A stretch of DNA of 63,882 nt, counting the filler, from Octopus bimaculoides (Eukaryota): the NCBI RefSeq assembly GCF_001194135.2. It is 4 parts of 4 records of this genome, joined end to end, with 100 filler letters (N's around TTAATTAATTAA, not from the genome) between each part and the next. Parts side by side here need not be neighbours in the genome. Positions count along the whole stretch, not along the records: positions 61,378 to 63,882 come from NC_068987.1; 3 more parts are not named here. One strand, 5' to 3'. A model generated the notes under the pieces. It was given only the letters and a program-made list of their open reading frames with translations. It made no database searches and had not been told where the DNA came from. The position numbers and the translations under genes are program-made. Below, in pieces: positions 63,574 through 63,882 of this stretch (its first letter is position 1; the number at the start of each line of letters is the position of its first letter).

Positions 63574-63882
63574 GCGTCGCCACAACAGAGCAACAGAGCC
63601 ACCATTCGGTCTCTGGTGGACGAACAGGGGCGCGAACTGCTCGAGCCGGGCAAAATGAGTGCGGCCTTTCAGCGGCACTTTACTCGACTGTTTGGGAAGA
63701 GTGGCGAGCGAGAACGCAGAGTGGACTTCAGTGCCTACCTGCACAGCCTGCCACGACTCTCAACAAGAGAGGCGGAGTGCTGCGAAGGTGCCATCACGGC
63801 GGCGGAAGTGAGGGACGCGATGGCGGGATGCTCGAGGGACAAATCTCCGGGTTTGGATTGTCTTCCCTACGAGCTTTACAAC
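63574..63882 (+). mobile_element. Tx1/L1-clade LINE ORF2 fragment, open to the window end
   Basis: Stop-free frame 63598-63882: ATIRSLVDEQG..AFQRHFTRLF..CEGAITAAEVRDAM..KSPGLDCLPYELYN (pre-RT KSPG.D motif); sharp GC rise. Confidence 0.88.

Overview
AT-rich, repeat-dominated eukaryotic scaffold. The SINE families and microsatellite load suggest an octopus or other coleoid cephalopod (inference from recognised repeats, not a database result). I find no intact protein-coding gene. Nearly all long ORFs in the track are microsatellite or N-gap read-throughs. The recognisable content is: three tRNA-derived SINE families (many copies, some with intact target-site duplications); RTE-clade LINE 3' ends; restriction-like-endonuclease (R4/Dong-type and related) retrotransposon remnants; Penelope-like element (PLE) RT and GIY-YIG remnants; CR1/Jockey-group and Tx1/L1 fragments; Tc1/mariner fossils and MITEs; a piggyBac-type TTAA MITE; a Helitron Rep fragment; a probable P-superfamily transposase trace; and several foldback structures. 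The most notable signal is a well-formed type I hammerhead ribozyme fold (8549-8618) in a ~300 bp non-coding element embedded in (TA)n. A second hammerhead lies on the minus strand downstream of a PLE RT (59431-59477), and there are weaker hammerhead relics. Three identical 100-nt N44-TTAATTAATTAA-N44 spacers look like artificial joins, so adjacency across them is unreliable. Boundaries of degenerate repeats are approximate.
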